Positions 24,489 through 39,639 of a stretch of 64,000 nucleotides of DNA are shown in pieces. Each line of letters begins with the position of its first letter. Within the stretch, counting starts at the first letter, position 1. A program made the translations under genes and the position numbers. Origin of the DNA: Penicillus capitatus (taxonomy: Eukaryota; Plantae; Chlorophyta); NCBI GenBank assembly GCA_965649825.1, contig OZ287694.1, positions 2,430,902 through 2,494,901 of the forward strand. Reading direction: 5' to 3'. The notes beneath the pieces were generated by a model. That model worked only from the letters and a program-made list of their open reading frames with translations, was not told where the DNA came from and did not search any database.

Positions 24489-26032
24489 ATGGCACCTCGA
24501 AAGAAGCCGACTCGGAAGCCGACGGCCTCCAAGAATACACCGACTCAAAACGTGGCACCTATCGTCGAGGACGTCGTCCACGCTGATGCCCCTCTTCCCG
24601 CCGCAACTGACGACAACGACGACAAGAAAACGTCGCCCGTTCTACACCAGGAAGCGTCGGCATCGGAATCCGCCACGGTCGCCCTTCTCGATCTTGCTCA
24701 GACAACGTCTGGCCGCGCACCGAACGCAGCGTCCATCGACCGACGTTCCTCAAGTGTTTTACTGACTTCAGCCTGGACGGATCAGACGAAGCGCATTTGT
24801 ATGCGCAGGGAGTCTGCCTGAACGCGTCTCTGTCGGTCAAGAGAGTGCGCGGCGACGATCAAGGCCACGCGAAACGGGTCGCCTCGAAGACGTTGCTCGT
24901 CGACGACGTAGACCGAAGACGATCCGTATGACATCCATCTCCGAAACGCTATTGCGTCACGCTCAACCATATCTACCCTCTAGATATCGTGATCCTTTCG
25001 GCGGCCCTTGTGCTCTGCGTTGTAGCATGGCTCTTCCTCATCTCTTACAGCAGAGATGCGCTTCTAAGGCAGAGGCAGCCTAACGATCTCGCACGCTGCC
25101 TCTCACTTCCTCGTTGCTGTGAAGGGAAGGAGGCGTCGAGGAGGTATCGACGATGGAGACATGGGAGGCTTTGAGTGAGCAACTCAGAATCGATATCCTC
25201 AATTCTGTTCAACAGCAACTACAGGAATGGTCAACAGCGCAGTCCACGGTACGCTGTCAGCTGGCATCTCCTCGAGGCACCGATTGCGGTCTTGTGCATA
25301 TGATTCAGTGCTCGAGTAAGGCGCGTACGGTTCACACAGGATATGTGTTGTCCCATTCCACAGTGATGGCACACAGAATTCCGTGTACGGTGTATCCGCA
25401 GCTGCTGATGCACTGTCTGATCTATCGCCTCCTCCATCCATTCTTCGCCCTCCTTGGGTTTCATTCCATCCATCCCTTAGCAGATCAGGTCCCTTGTCGC
25501 GTTTCCCCGAGGCCTGACCGTTTCTTCGGCGACAGATGCTGCTGCATGCAGCAGTGGGTGATCGAATATGTTTCCCACTTGCCGGAAAGACGGGTCACAT
25601 CACCATCGGTCTCAAAACGCCCATCACTGTGAAGAACATCGCCCTTTGGCATCCACCTACCGCCAACACTGCCACCTCCGTCTTTACCCACGAAGTGGAT
25701 GTACATGGGTATGCCAGTCTTCTGACGCGCCTTAAGCATCTCATCTGCCGTGCATCTATACAGGTACATGCATGATGTAGATACAAGAGTGCCTCTCGGT
25801 AGACATCGACTCCATCGGAATGTTACAGCATGGCAGATACTCAACGTTTCGACCGACGATTTTCTTCAGAAGCTTCATTTTCAAGTACATCCGTATCCAT
25901 GACATCCATCCACCTCATACGAGATATGTCACACTCCAGTTTTTCTCAAATCATAGTCACGTGGATCATACCTGTGTCCACGGCATCCAGATTCGGGGAG
26001 AGATCTTGCCGTCCATCGAAGCTGAGGAATGA
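24489..26032 (+). CDS. SUN-domain nuclear envelope protein (plant C-terminal SUN type); multi-exon
   Basis: Basic N-terminus MAPRKKPTRK, TM ILSAALVLCVVAWLFLI, coiled coil, then IHPLADQ..GDRICFPLAGKTGHITIGLKTPI..LWH and FFSNHSHVDHTCVHGIQIRGE (SUN signature). Internal splice sites only partly resolved. Confidence 0.8.
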
Positions 26033-26104
26033 AACGACTGGCATGTACTGTCTGTCTGTGAATCTGTACGTACGTGCGGACGTTTGACTTTCCATTCGGA
26101 AACA

Positions 26105-26844
26105 ATGGGAAAGAACCAAATGTACAAAGCGTTGCAACGTGCCAAACACGTCGCTGCCATGGATGGCTCTCTTCTCGAGACAGAAGACGGAACCGTATCT
26201 TTCTGCGCTGTCCCATCCCGTGCGCTTCTGGGACGACCCGTAGGTCGACGCCTCCTTCCACACCCCTGAGTGGCATGCAGCTCGAATGGCGACACTGCAA
26301 GTTCCCTGTGCCCTGTGGTCTCCCTCGTGCTCTTCATGGCTCGTGCTGTACAGCATCAACGCATGTCGTGGGAGGAATTCAAGCAGAAGATCAAGAAGGA
26401 CGCCGAAAGCGAAAGCAAACGACAGGAGGAGGAAGAACGTGTCATGTGTAAGACAGGATCCTCCTACCACGAACAGATGCCGTTAGCTGAATCTAGTGGA
26501 GTACAGAGCACAGCTGGCAGCCGATCGTGAGAAAAAGATGAACAAGAGTGACATCGACTGCAAACCAGGACGCAGAAGTCGTCACCATCGAATCTCACAT
26601 CCTCGTTATCGAGTGCTGCATTGCAGAGAGAAAGAGTGAGAAAGAAAGGCGGCGGCTGAAAAAGAAAGATCATAAAGCAAGACACGAGAAGAAAGGCGGG
26701 ACACACAAAGTGCGACAGATCAGTAGACGACGCGCTCGAGGTTCTGTGCCGCAGTCGAGGAGAAAGAGATCGCCGTCCAGTGGATCGATGCGTCTCTCGG
26801 ACGATTCTTCGCCGATTCGATTGTCGGAGTATCTGAAATCTTAG
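26105..26844 (+). CDS. Conserved green-lineage Lys/Arg/Ser-rich protein (FAM133-like); multi-exon
   Basis: MGKNQMYKALQRAK..EDGTVDASFHTPEWHAARMATL..SWEEFKQK..PIRLSEYLKS, matching a conserved plant protein of unknown function as I recall it. Confidence 0.75.
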
Positions 26845-26932
26845 AAAGGCGTCGGCAGAGCTGATGGGTGTAAGGATTCCGTTAACGAGCGTTTTGAGCT
26901 CGCGCTTCAAAATTAAGTGCATCGATGCGGTG

Positions 26933-28231
<1,299 letters not shown>

Positions 28232-29179
28232 TGTTCGCGTCTTTCTTGTTCCACGTCTGCGAAAGATCTGATTCGAAGCGGACGGGATTTTCGGGAACCT
28301 GATGAAAGGACAACTGTACGACGCCATGTGTAGAAGCACGCCTTTCGGACAGACGGACGTTGACAGACGCGTTCAATCGGTTTGTACATAATTCCATATT
28401 TACATGGCTTTTGCGTTCACATGTGCCATAAGCAAACAAGAAAAAAGCATTCAATGAAGGTTCACAACATAATTAGCACGGCTGAACTAATCACTTATGT
28501 GAGATAATATTGCGCGAAATCGCGACTTCGGCCATTTGGGATCGGACTTTCTTCGACGACCATACTGATGGCCGATCAGTAACGGAAAACTTCCAGTTTA
28601 CAGGGAGGATGTGCCGACATGCTGTGCATTCCAGAGAATGGTTTCTTCTCTCATTTCTATCCTCTCGACGTTTTCTTCGTATGCTACGTGGTGCTCCACG
28701 TCCTTCATGTTTTCCAGTCTTCTGATGCACATAATGGAAGCACCTTGAACACGGACGCGATATCTCTTCGACCCAGATAACTCCGAGAAACGCCTACCGT
28801 AGCAAAGTAATCGTGACGGTATGTTGTCTTGAGGTCTTGCCGATCTATCTGGCGCCGACCATGACCCTTCCCGCATTAGCGATGGCCGAAAAATTCGAAA
28901 CCGGGTGATCGCGGTTCCGGCCTTTGCACCACATGCTTGATGCGTGGTCGGTAGTCGTCCTCGACGAGTACCGCCGAACCGAGAATATACGAAAAATGCT
29001 TCCGCGTCTATCTTCGAGGTTCAAAGCTCCGAAACCATTTTGTCACGCGAAAGTTATGTATGCAAACGGACGTACGTAAAACAGACAGCGGTCTTTCAAA
29101 GATGATCTGTCTTGTACAAACCCCTGTTCTTTCACCCCCAATTTTCATCACGCCGTGCTTCATTCACGTCATGCTGACG

Positions 29180-29599
29180 TCATGGGACGTTATGTTGGCT
29201 TGAATGATCTCCTCTCCTTCGCCTTCTCCTTCCTGACAATTTTTTGGGTTTTAGGCAGTCTTCCTTTGTTTCATTATATTTGAGGAGCCAGTGAAGGAGG
29301 ACGCCATGCTCGTCCTTATCCTTCTTGGCGTTATACGCCATGACCAGCGACTTTGTGCCGTATTTCTTGGCGACTGCACGAAAAAGCTTTGGGTTCTCCA
29401 GTTCTTCGACGTCCGAATCGATCCGTCGTGGTCGACCGTCATCGCCCGATGCGGACGGTCCGCCAGCAGACGGGGTTTCGGCAACATTTGAAACTGTTAC
29501 ATGCTTGGAAAACCTGTGCAAAGGAAAACCTCGACGTAACGCGCGTAGAAGAATCTTACCGTTTTGGGCGTTGTGAAACGTTCGTAGTGAAGTTCGCAA
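29180..29599 (-). other. Unassigned open reading frame within the segment between the hemC direct repeats
   Basis: 139-codon ORF with no in-frame ATG and a protein-like core (ELENPKLFRAVAKKYGTKSLVMAYNAKKDKDEHGVLLHWLLKY); no family recognised. Confidence 0.3.
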
Positions 29600-29671
29600 C
29601 GCAAGTGACGAATCAGACGGATGTTTGTGTCAGAGGAAAGCTTCACGTTTAAAGAGCAAAAGGTCACAATC

Positions 29672-29961
29672 GGTTCACGTTCATGTCTTTGCATGCCACA
29701 GGTGACATGACCCGTCGTGAAAGCGCCCCTTCGAAGACGGAACCCTTGGATTACGAGGCAGCCACGATGTGACAGGCTCAGTCATTCTGACAGTTTGAAA
29801 TGCAGGTTAGGCTTTAATGACGTTAGTTGAGAATTCGGTGCCGTCGGAAGAACATGGCGTCACGATGTGACGTGTCTTGTTATCCAAGGGTACTGTCTCC
29901 GAAGGGGCGCTTTCACGACGTGTCATGTCACCTGTGACATACAAAAACATGAACGTGGACC
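29672..29961. repeat. Imperfect inverted repeat (arms about 100 bp); foldback/MITE-like or hairpin RNA
   Basis: 29672-29773 (GGTTCACGTTCATGTCTTTGCATGCCACAGGTGACATGACCCGTCGTGAAAGCGCCCCTTCGAAGACGGAACCCTTGGAT..) is the reverse complement of about 29858-29961, with a few mismatches. Confidence 0.85.
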
Positions 29962-31027
29962 CATCTGAACCTCTAGCTCTGTAATACGTGAAGCCTTTCA
30001 CTGACACAAACATCCGTCACTATTAAATCAAGTTGAATTGTCAGGAAGACCATCTGCCGCATCAGAGAGCGCAGATGCGGCGAGCAACGCATGAACGGGT
30101 ACTCCGTAACGGAATCTGTCAGGCAGATGTCCGATGTTCTGCACGATCGATAGCGTCTTGCACTGATCTGTCCCTCCGGTTGCGAGCTGCAGGGACTGGG
30201 GAGCTTATGTCATCGTCTGCCTCTGTGGATGCCTGGCCGACGGAGATTAGCGGGCTTCGTGGCCAAGACACTTGACGAACGATACGTCGCGCCACGTTCC
30301 CTTCGCTTGCGAAAGAGCGAAAAAGTGTGAACTGACTCGCTTTGAGTGAGATGCTTGTTCCGGGAGTGCTCGTTTGCAGTGTCCGCATCTCTATCCCTTC
30401 GACGGAGCGTCCTAGCCAACGCACCTGAATCGATAACAACCTTCATGATGTGACTGACGGCCGTCTATGCAAATGGGATAAGGACTGAAACGAGCATTAA
30501 CAGAAAGAATACGTAACCTCTGTCCTGCATGACCGACGATTTTTCTGCTGGAGACAGCCTTCGTCTATTTTCCCAGAATCCAGGTGTGTTCTACCGTGAT
30601 CTGCCAACGTCCTCCATGATGCAGAGGTTTGCTCCTCTTTTTTGTTCCTAGACAGAGCATCTTCAGTACAGTGAATGGATGCACAGTTCTGTATTCTATC
30701 CTATCTTATGAAGGGGCAGATGCGGGGGTCGCTGCTAATCCCCTACCTCCGCCCAGCTGTCGCTTATGACGAATGAAGGAGTCACGACGGCGCACCGGAT
30801 CGATCTTTCTTCACTCATTCCGAACTGAGACCTTCATACAAACAGCACACAAGCATTGAGTGGTCACGATTCAGATATCGAAGCGCCGTTGCTGCAGGAA
30901 GCTGCTCGCCTACCCAGCAAACGTGCAAGGCGACCGAGTGCCAAATCTAACGATACGTCACAGACTCAAAACGCAAACAAAAGCGAACCTGTATCGTCAT
31001 GTCTCTTCAATCAAGGAAGAATGCAGT

Positions 31028-31404
31028 GCATACGTATCGCTCATGGCTTCTCGTCATGGCCTTGCTCTTTGAGCTTGTCACGCGTGGCGTAAGCCTGTGC
31101 TAAAGCGAGAGGACTGCCACGTGTCCCTATCCGGACGGTCTCTCTTCGCGTCTCCGTCACACCACAGACGCACCGCAATGCCGTGCGCGTTCGGCATCGC
31201 ATCGACGGCAGCATCGACGCTGGGATGGACCGTCTCGTCTGCAGCATTGTTCGCGTCTTCATTGTTCCACGTCTGCGAAAGATCCGATTCGAAGCGATCA
31301 GGATTCGCGGGGACCTTATGAAAGGACAACTGTACGACGCCGTGTATAAAAGCACGCCTTTCGGACAGACGAACGCACGTTGATAGACGCGTTCAATCGG
31401 TTTG
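31028..31404. repeat. Direct repeat copy 2, ending at the base before the BTAF1 ATG
   Basis: Matches 28021-28384; the shared tail GTTCAATCGGTTTG is followed here by ATGAGTGGC. Confidence 0.92.
31041..31247 (-). pseudogene. Truncated duplicate of hemC exon 1
   Basis: Encodes MLQTRRSIPASMLPSMRCRTRTALRCVCGVTETRRETVRIGTRGSPLALAQAYATRDKLK. The intron-1 donor GT is GA here, giving a stop 8 codons later, and no downstream hemC exons follow. Confidence 0.85.
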
Positions 31405-34400
31405 ATGAGTGGCGAAAGTCGCCTTCAGAAACTGCTGCATTTGTTAGAAAGTAAGATAAGACTTCCTCGAGTGCCACCTGCTTCCTTGCTCTTTTATCTC
31501 CCAGACGCGACGGAAAATGAATTGCGTGGCGCTGCCAGTCAAGCGATCCGAGATATTGCAGTACTGCATCCGCAGCAACTCCCCTCCATTCTCCACAAAG
31601 TCGGCGGCGACGGAACGGGAACGCCTGTGACACGTGTATCGGTTTAGGTGTGTGCCTTGCTGCGAAGGCGAAAGTGGGATTGTCGTATTGCCGCGGGCGT
31701 CACTTTGGGTCTCCTCGCCCAACACTTTGTGCATCACACGGTTGAGGATCTTCGACGTTTGGCGGAGAAGGCTGTCGAGACGAAGACCGAAACGACGCAA
31801 GAAGAGGAGGAAGACGTAAAGCGTCAGGACGTCGCAGCTGTGCTCGATGCCTTGTTGACGTTCGACGTGGATAAAGTACTGGAGAAGGGGACATTGCTCG
31901 TTGCCTGCGGGCCAAAGCTGGGAGATGTTGGCAGCGGTTCCGCTGAGGATCTCCAGCTGATGCGCTCATTGAGTGCCCGTGAACGCAATCAGCTGAAACG
32001 AAAGCAGAGAAGCTACGAAAAGACGCATCTGGTGGGAAGTGGTCCAACAACGGATCCGAATGAGGGCCTTGTGCCGAGGCGCCTTTCGTCGGACAAATCT
32101 GAACCTGAAGGCGAAGATGTGCTCGACGTGCCGATTCTCGATGGCCGTTGGCCATTTCTGTCGGTATTCGAGCGTCTGATGCGGGATGCAAAGCATCCAG
32201 TGTGGGAAGTGCGTCACGGTGCCGTGTTAGGATTGCGTGAGTTGCTGAGCTGTCATGCATCGTGTGCCGGCGTGGAGGTCATCCTGGTTCCAGACATACC
32301 GTCCGGATGGACCGTTTCCGGAAAGGCCGCCCTCAGAGACATCCTCAAGCCATCTGAAGACGAGGTGGACGAAAACGCCCTCCGTAATCGACGGTGCCTC
32401 GAAGACTGCTGTCTACGGATTCTGGAACTGATTGTTCTGGATCGAATGGGAGACTATCTGTCGGATCAGATGGTGGCGCCAGTCCGAGAGACGGCGGCTC
32501 AAGCCTTTGGATGTTGTTTATCCTCGCTTCCGGACGAAACCATCCAGCACATCCTTACCATCATCGACCAGATGGTCCGCAATAGCGCATGGGAGGTACG
32601 TCACAGCGGTTACACTTTGCTTAAGTACCTGATCACCACACAAGAGTGAGCAGACGTCTTGTCACGAGTATCTTGGTCCATGTCATGGATGGGTGTCTTG
32701 TAGATATCCAACCGTCGACGGTGCGTTCATGCATTGTGTGTCGCATGGACTGGATGATGTCATGGATGACGTCAAGGCGGCGGCGGCAGAAGTACTGGTG
32801 CCGATTGCCGCTGTGCTGTCTGACCAGCTATCCCCCGGTGACATGTCTGCCTTGCGCCGCCAGCTGTGGTCCAATCTGGCTGCGGTGGATGATCTGAGTG
32901 CAGCCACGCCAGCTATTCTGCATCTCCTGTGGAAGCTCTATGCACCAGATTCGGTTGGAGAAGACGATTTGGCGCGATTGAAGGAACAACTGCCGTTGAT
33001 CTTTCCGTTCTTTCAGCATCCCCTGGTGGCTGTGCGAACCTACGCCGTGGAATGCTTCAAACAGTTGCTGCATTTTCATTCAGAGATCGCTCCGTTTTTC
33101 TGCAAAGCAGCCACCTTGATCTTCTTCAATCTGCTGACCGAAGTGCACGAAGACGTCCTGCAGTTGAACGAGGATGCCTGGGTGGCGTTATTGGACGTTT
33201 ACAACGTCGATCGTCTGATCAACGATTTCGATGGAGCGCTGCTCACCGTTATGGTCCATCTGGCATGCACACCCATCGGGACGTCGTTCGAAAAGACAGC
33301 TCTGGAGACGCTGGTGGTCTGCATCGAAGAACAGAGCGGAGAGAAACTCACCGTTGGATCTCAATTCTCAGGAAATCCATTTCGTATGCGCTTTGCCGTC
33401 TGCCGTGGACTGGCACTCTTCTTCCGACGACTGCCACGAGACGCCGAACGCGAAAGAATCCTCGTGGAGACAGCAAAGTCATCCTCAGCCACCTCTCAGC
33501 TCGTTTCTGCCCTAATCGGGCACTTCTGGCACACTGCTCACCTCAACGACTGGCCATCGCAGGAGCCCGAATTTCCTAAAGACTGCTTATCCGCCATCTC
33601 TAGTCTGTTAGACAGTCAAGTGGCCTTTTCGGAATTGGTCGGTTACGAAATCAAGCTCAGAAACGAATTCTCTGCCTTCTTTGCCGAAGTGGCTGCCAAA
33701 AGCGGCATTGTTGCCCTGGATCAACCGCTGTCCATCGAAACGATGTCGGCCGAAGAGATGGAGTATCAGTCCAGATGTCTCCTCGTCAAGCTCGGTCCGT
33801 GCATCGACGAATCTGTCGCCGGTCTCCAGCAGCACGTCACATCAACGTTTCAAACCATCTTCGAGCTGCGACAAGTTCTGAGAGTGCAGATCCATGCTTG
33901 CGTCGCCGTGGTGATGGTCGACACCCAGGACATGCCGACGAAGCTCAATCGCATTGTTCAGCCACTCATGGCAGGCGTCCGTACAGAAAAAGAGATCCTG
34001 CTGCAGAATCTCTTTGCCGAACGGCTGGCCGAATGGATCATCCTCTGCCGACAACGCCGATCCGCTGTGCACAAGATGATCGAGAACGTTTGCACGATGG
34101 CGTGCGAAGGCACCTGTATTGAAGAGAACAGAGATCTGTCGGAGCACATCGAGAGAGAAGGCATCAATCAGGCACTGGGTGTTCAATCCAGTCCGGAGAC
34201 GGACCAGCGAACCATCTCCAAACGTGGCGCCGAGTCAGTTCTGCGTGTTCTTGCCACCAGACTGTCGGAAGATCTCCTGGCGGCGCTTCCACCGTTGTGG
34301 GCTGAGATGGAGGACTCCCTCTGTCAAGTGTCTCCGCAGTCTATGCGCAGCATCGAAGTCACACGCATTGTCGGGCCATGTCTCCGTTCTGCCCTGCTGC

Positions 34401-36970
34401 CTCGTCTCTCTTCCTTACTCGTTCGCATCTGTCAGCTCTGCTTTGTGCAGCTCGATACGGTACGCATGGCTGCATCCCGATGCTGTGCCTGTCTGGTTAT
34501 GGCCCACACAAACACACTGTTTCCCATCGTTCTAGCAGAATTGATTCCATGCCTCGCTCTCGAGAGCGACGTGCCACATCGAGAAGGAGCATCGATCGCC
34601 CTGCACCACATCCTCGAGGCACTCGGTCTATCTCTTTCGATCCACATCGTTTGCGTGGTAAAATCCGCTGTGCTGTTTCTAGGTCCAGGCGTGGTGCCAT
34701 ACATTGTACTCTTGATTGTTCCCCTTTTAGCACTCGTGTCCGATAACGTCCCTTCTGTACGGCTGATTGCCGCATCCTGCTTTGGCAGGTTGACATCCTT
34801 GCTGCCCTTGATGTCATCATCGACGCCTCCAACCAATCTCTCGGCGTCTCAGGAGGAGGCCTTCCAACAGAATGCCTTGTTCGTGGCGCAACTGGTCGAC
34901 AACAAAAAGACGATGGAACTGGATCTGCCGGAAGGACTGAAGGTGGAACTGCGAAACTACCAGAAAGAAGGGATCAACTGGATGAGTTTTCTGAGACGGT
35001 TTGGACTGCACGGTATTCTGGCAGACGACATGGGACTCGGCAAGACAATACAAACCCTGATCACCATTCTCCTCTCGCGATCCGAATCCACAGGTCGACC
35101 CTGTCTCCCAGCAATGCCTCGAGATCATGCACACGCATCCCCCAATGTGGCAGATGGAGGTGGTGTGACCAAGTTGCCTTCCTTGGTCGTATGTCCAGCC
35201 ACTCTGACTTCTCATTGGCGCAACGAAGTCCTCACACTGCTGCCGCCGCACTCCATCAGACCCCTGCTGTAGGATCTCTCTTGCCTACTGTGGGGTGGTC
35301 TGTTCAATGCGTTTTCAGCTATGTAGGGGGCATTGCAGAACGACAGAATCTCAGGCAGTTCTTCTGCGAGTACGATTTGATGATCATGTCTTACGAGACG
35401 ATGCGTATCGATGTGGAATGGGTGGCGGCTCAGCAATGGGACTACTGTATACTGGACGAGGGTCATGCCATTCGAAATATCGAGTCTAAGGTCACTCTGT
35501 CTGCCTGATATCTATGATGCCGGTCTGCATTGGAAGTGCTCTAGGCATGGTCTGCTTGCAAACGTATCCAAGCACGGCATCGACTGATCTTGAGTGGCAC
35601 GCCGCTGCAGAACAGCGTCATTGAGCTATGGGCGCTGTTTGATTTCTTGATACCTGGATTCCTCGGAACGCGAAGAGATTTCATGGGCCAATACGGACGC
35701 GCTGTCCATGCGGCACGGTAGGACATCGGTCGACCGTTGACGCAGCAAAGCAGTCATGCTCGTGTGCCCTTGTAGGTATTCAAAGAAAGGCTCGGCAGAA
35801 TCCACCAGCAGTGACTTGGCACTCAGTTCGCTGCACAAGAGAGTCACCCCATTCATCATGCGAAGGACAAAGGACGAAGTCCTCTCGGACTTGCCCCCCA
35901 AGATCATGCAAGATCTCTACTGTGATCTGTCGCCCGTTCAGAAAGCACTCTACGAAGACTTTGCCAAGGCCCAGGTCTGTCGAGGCAGACGCTACAGAAG
36001 GGTGCATCGGGTGGCCTTGTAGGGAGGCGGCAAGGAACAGGTGACGGCATCTGCTTTGGAGACGCTACAGTACCTCAGGGAGCTGTGCAGTCACCCCTTG
36101 CTTGCACTGGACTGGTCCAATGCGATGCATCGAACGCTCGTGACACAGACACTCGGTGTCCCTGTCAGAGACGAAGCGCTCTGCCGGGAAACGCTCTCCG
36201 ACATTGTCCATGCCCCGAAGCTTCAGATACTGCACGAGCTGCTCTTTGACCTCGGCATTGGCTGCTCGAGATCGCCACTGGGAGAGGAGATGGGTGGAGC
36301 TCACCGAATGCTGATCTTTGCTCAGCTAAAGGGACTGCTGGATATTGTCGAGCAGCAACTGCTGGTGCCATCGCGTATCCCTCACCTTCGCATCGACGGA
36401 TCTGTTCCGCCCTGCGACCGCGGCAAAATCGTGATGCAGTTCAATTCGGATCCGACAATCGATGTGTTGCTGCTGACGACGAAGGTGGGTGGCCTTGGAC
36501 TGAATCTGACGTCGGCCGATGTCGTGGTGTTCCTCGAACACGATTGGAATCCTATGAACGATATGCAGGCGATGGACAGAGCCCATCGACTCGGACAGAA
36601 GCGCACGGTCAATGTCTATCGTATCCTGGCGCGAGGTCATCTCACCTTCTGCCAAAGAGCCGAAGGGGATAGATATCCTTTCTGTATAGGTACCCTTGAA
36701 GAAAAGATCATGAATTTGCAGAATTTCAAGATCGGTGTCGCCAGTTCTGTCATCAATAAAGATAACATGAGCTTGGAATCGATGGATACGAGTCATCTGC
36801 TGGATCTGTTCTCTTACAACAATAACGCGAACAACAGCAACAACAATGCGAGTGGCAGCAATACGGACAAGGGACTGCCTTCGAGAGAAGGCGACGCGAC
36901 AGATGAAGAGGTTGTCCAGCGATACGAGAGAGAATTTGACATACACCGCTTCTCCAAGAGGATGAAGTGA
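31405..36970 (+). CDS. BTAF1: TBP-associated SNF2 ATPase BTAF1/Mot1; multi-exon
   Basis: [105 protein letters not shown]. Confidence 0.95.
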
Positions 36971-37406
36971 GAGCGGTTGGTGGGAGGATGTTGATCAGTG
37001 GACGATGACAACAACAACAACATGAACAACAAGAAGAGAGGGTTCAGATCAAGCCATAACAACATCAGACAGGGTTTTGCTTATTGTTTGTCGGAACGAG
37101 AGATGTCTAGTTGTGCATTCTTTGTGTTGTTGAACAGAATTGTGTTCTCTAGTGGCAGCCTTGGCCGACCGATACGCACAACAAATCAAGTAAATGCTGC
37201 ATGAATGATCAATGTTTTCTTTGTTTCGGCACTTCCTACGCCATCTCATCAAATAACTTTACAGGACGTACGTACCCTCCTCAGAACAAAAACAACACTT
37301 CGTTCCCTGCAAGTTTGTTGCCGCCTTGGACAAGGTAGGAACAAACATACAATTTGTTTTCTTCGAATGGAAATACGGTTGTTGACTACGAGCAAAAAGG
37401 GATACT

Positions 37407-37440
37407 CAAACAAACGAACGAACGAACGAACAAACAAACG
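37407..37440. repeat. Imperfect (AACA/AACG)n microsatellite
   Basis: CAAACAAACGAACGAACGAACGAACAAACAAACG. Confidence 0.85.
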
Positions 37441-38167
37441 ATCTGTGTCTGTGTTGTCTCAATTCCAATCGCTCAAACTCGATTGGAGCTTGGTTTCCAC
37501 AACGAATGCCTAATGACAATTCATCGAGACTATGGAAGCAGGAAAGAGGCTAGGCAAGCGCAAAGGAATTTGTTGTGTCCATCATTTCCGTTGAATGCGA
37601 GTGGAAAAGAAGCAAATGATGGATGTTCATTAGGAATAATGCGTTTCATACGTAAGAGAAAGCTCATAGCTGATCCATTCCTCTGCAGGGCTAAGAGCAG
37701 GTTTTTTTCATGGTGCATGAGAGAGAGACCCTTTTAATAGGTAATTTGGTCAGATGTGCATCGATGAAAGAAAACGAAGGTTCTTTAAAAGCTGCAACAA
37801 AAAGCTTGAAATCGCTTAACTGCTCAAACGAACAAAGTCTGGCCACTTGCCACCCACAATAACAAATTCTTTCAAGAAACGCACAGCTTGAAGAGATTAA
37901 TAGAAGGATGCGATGTTGTAGTTGCTCAGAAAATGAGACATGAGTCATTTCTTCCACCCTGCGATCCCTCACCTTGACTCTAAAGTTCTCACCCCCTCGA
38001 ACCACTGTTTCTCATCAAGGTTCACCATACGACGACAAGATGAATAGACAGACCAAATAGACAAGGACAGGACAAGCATTGAACACTCAAATTGTGAGAA
38101 GGTGTTCATCATGCTGATACTCAAGTAGACAGCTAATTGAAGCGACGGATTGTAGAAGGCAGGCACA

Positions 38168-39639
38168 TCAATAATAGACGGGTGGATAATAGCCAGCAAG
38201 GGGAGTGGACACACCGCCTGCTCCCACTCTGCCAGTAGCTCTTGAACGTGGCAGCATTGAAAGCTGTCCTTGCTGTGCTGGACTCATAGGCACCTGATTT
38301 GGGAACCCAGTCAACATCAGATTCTGTGACGTCATTGGAGACATGCCTGACGGTAACATGCCTGCTGCACAGCCACACAGTCTTTTCACACAAAACCGAA
38401 CGGTCAAGCAGAGACAGCTATACCATATTGAGCAGGAAGGAGGCTTTGGACGACCTGTTCTCCAGATCCAAGAGGCGACAGCGGCGCCAAGGGTGCTTGC
38501 AGTGCCATGACCATGCTTCTGCCGGTCGGTATGTCGGGGTGCTTGCCCCAGGAACATTTCATCACTTTGCCAGTCAAAGTCTGCCCCCGTGTTTGCAGAA
38601 TGGCATTCACAGCATCGGAATGCTTTTGATAGCGCACGAAGCCATAGCCACCCTTTTTGTGCAGCTTAATGTCCACAACGTGACCGTAAGAGCTAAAATG
38701 ACGACGAATGTCTGCCTCGGTCAGTTCTGGAGATATGTTCCCAATATAAACGTTGGTATTCGTCGGGTCCGATCTACACAGCCATCCAGCATCACACACC
38801 ACCACTCCCAACAAGCCAACGAGCTTACTTGTCAAGCGTCTCGTAGTCCAGATTCTGGGATGTGTCTTGCTGCATCGCCCACCACACCATAAGAGATGAG
38901 ATCGGGTCGAGAGGAGTGAATGGCGATTACCATTTTGTGTTGAGCCCAGCCACATCGAACTCTTCTTGAGCCAATGAGTTTACCGTGCATTTCATGGATA
39001 GATCTTTCGGCGTCTTCTTTGTTTCGAAAGGATACGAATCCGTAACCCTTTGAACGCCCCGTACTATGATCCCACATCACGCGCGCATCTCTAACGGCAT
39101 AAGATGGACTCAGATTCAAGAGTGCGCAATCGAGAGCGATCATCAAGCAACGTACGAGCAGTTTCCGATTTGGGAGAAAGCAGCAAGGAGTGCAGCATCT
39201 GTCACGTCTTGACTGAGGTCTCCGACGAAGATGTGGTGGTGTTTGCTAGTGTCTTCTCTTTGACTGCTTTGGAACGCCCAGTTGAGTCGCACTTCTCTGC
39301 CGTATATCACTTTTCCTGCGAGTGTTTGTAAAGCGATCTGCGCGCTTCGCGGTTCATAGTATTTAACAAACCCGTAGCCCGCATTAGCACCCGTCGTCTT
39401 ATCGCGGACGACTTTCACCTGTTCCAGAAGTCCAGCATAGGAGAATACTTCCTGAAGCGTGTTTTCGTCGACGAACGCATGCAAATTCCCCACATACCTA
39501 CATCGCCGCCGATGATGCCTTCATGAAAATCGCGACGGGTCCACACGTACAGCGTATTTGGATTGCTCTTCTCGCTCATGCGGGCGATGTCCGTTGGCGA
39601 CGTTACCGCTTCGCCTGATGTCTGTGCTCCAGGCTGCAT
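38168..39639 (-). CDS. Three-RRM oligouridylate-binding protein (UBP1/TIA-1 family); multi-exon
   Basis: [73 protein letters not shown]. Confidence 0.9.

Noticed and set aside
36826-37030. AAC-rich tracts at the BTAF1 C-terminus and 3' UTR
   Set aside because: Ordinary poly-Asn and microsatellite low complexity.
37000-38160. AT-richer stretch with ORF 37691-38005
   Set aside because: No motif; most simply the 3' UTRs of the convergent BTAF1 and UBP1 genes.
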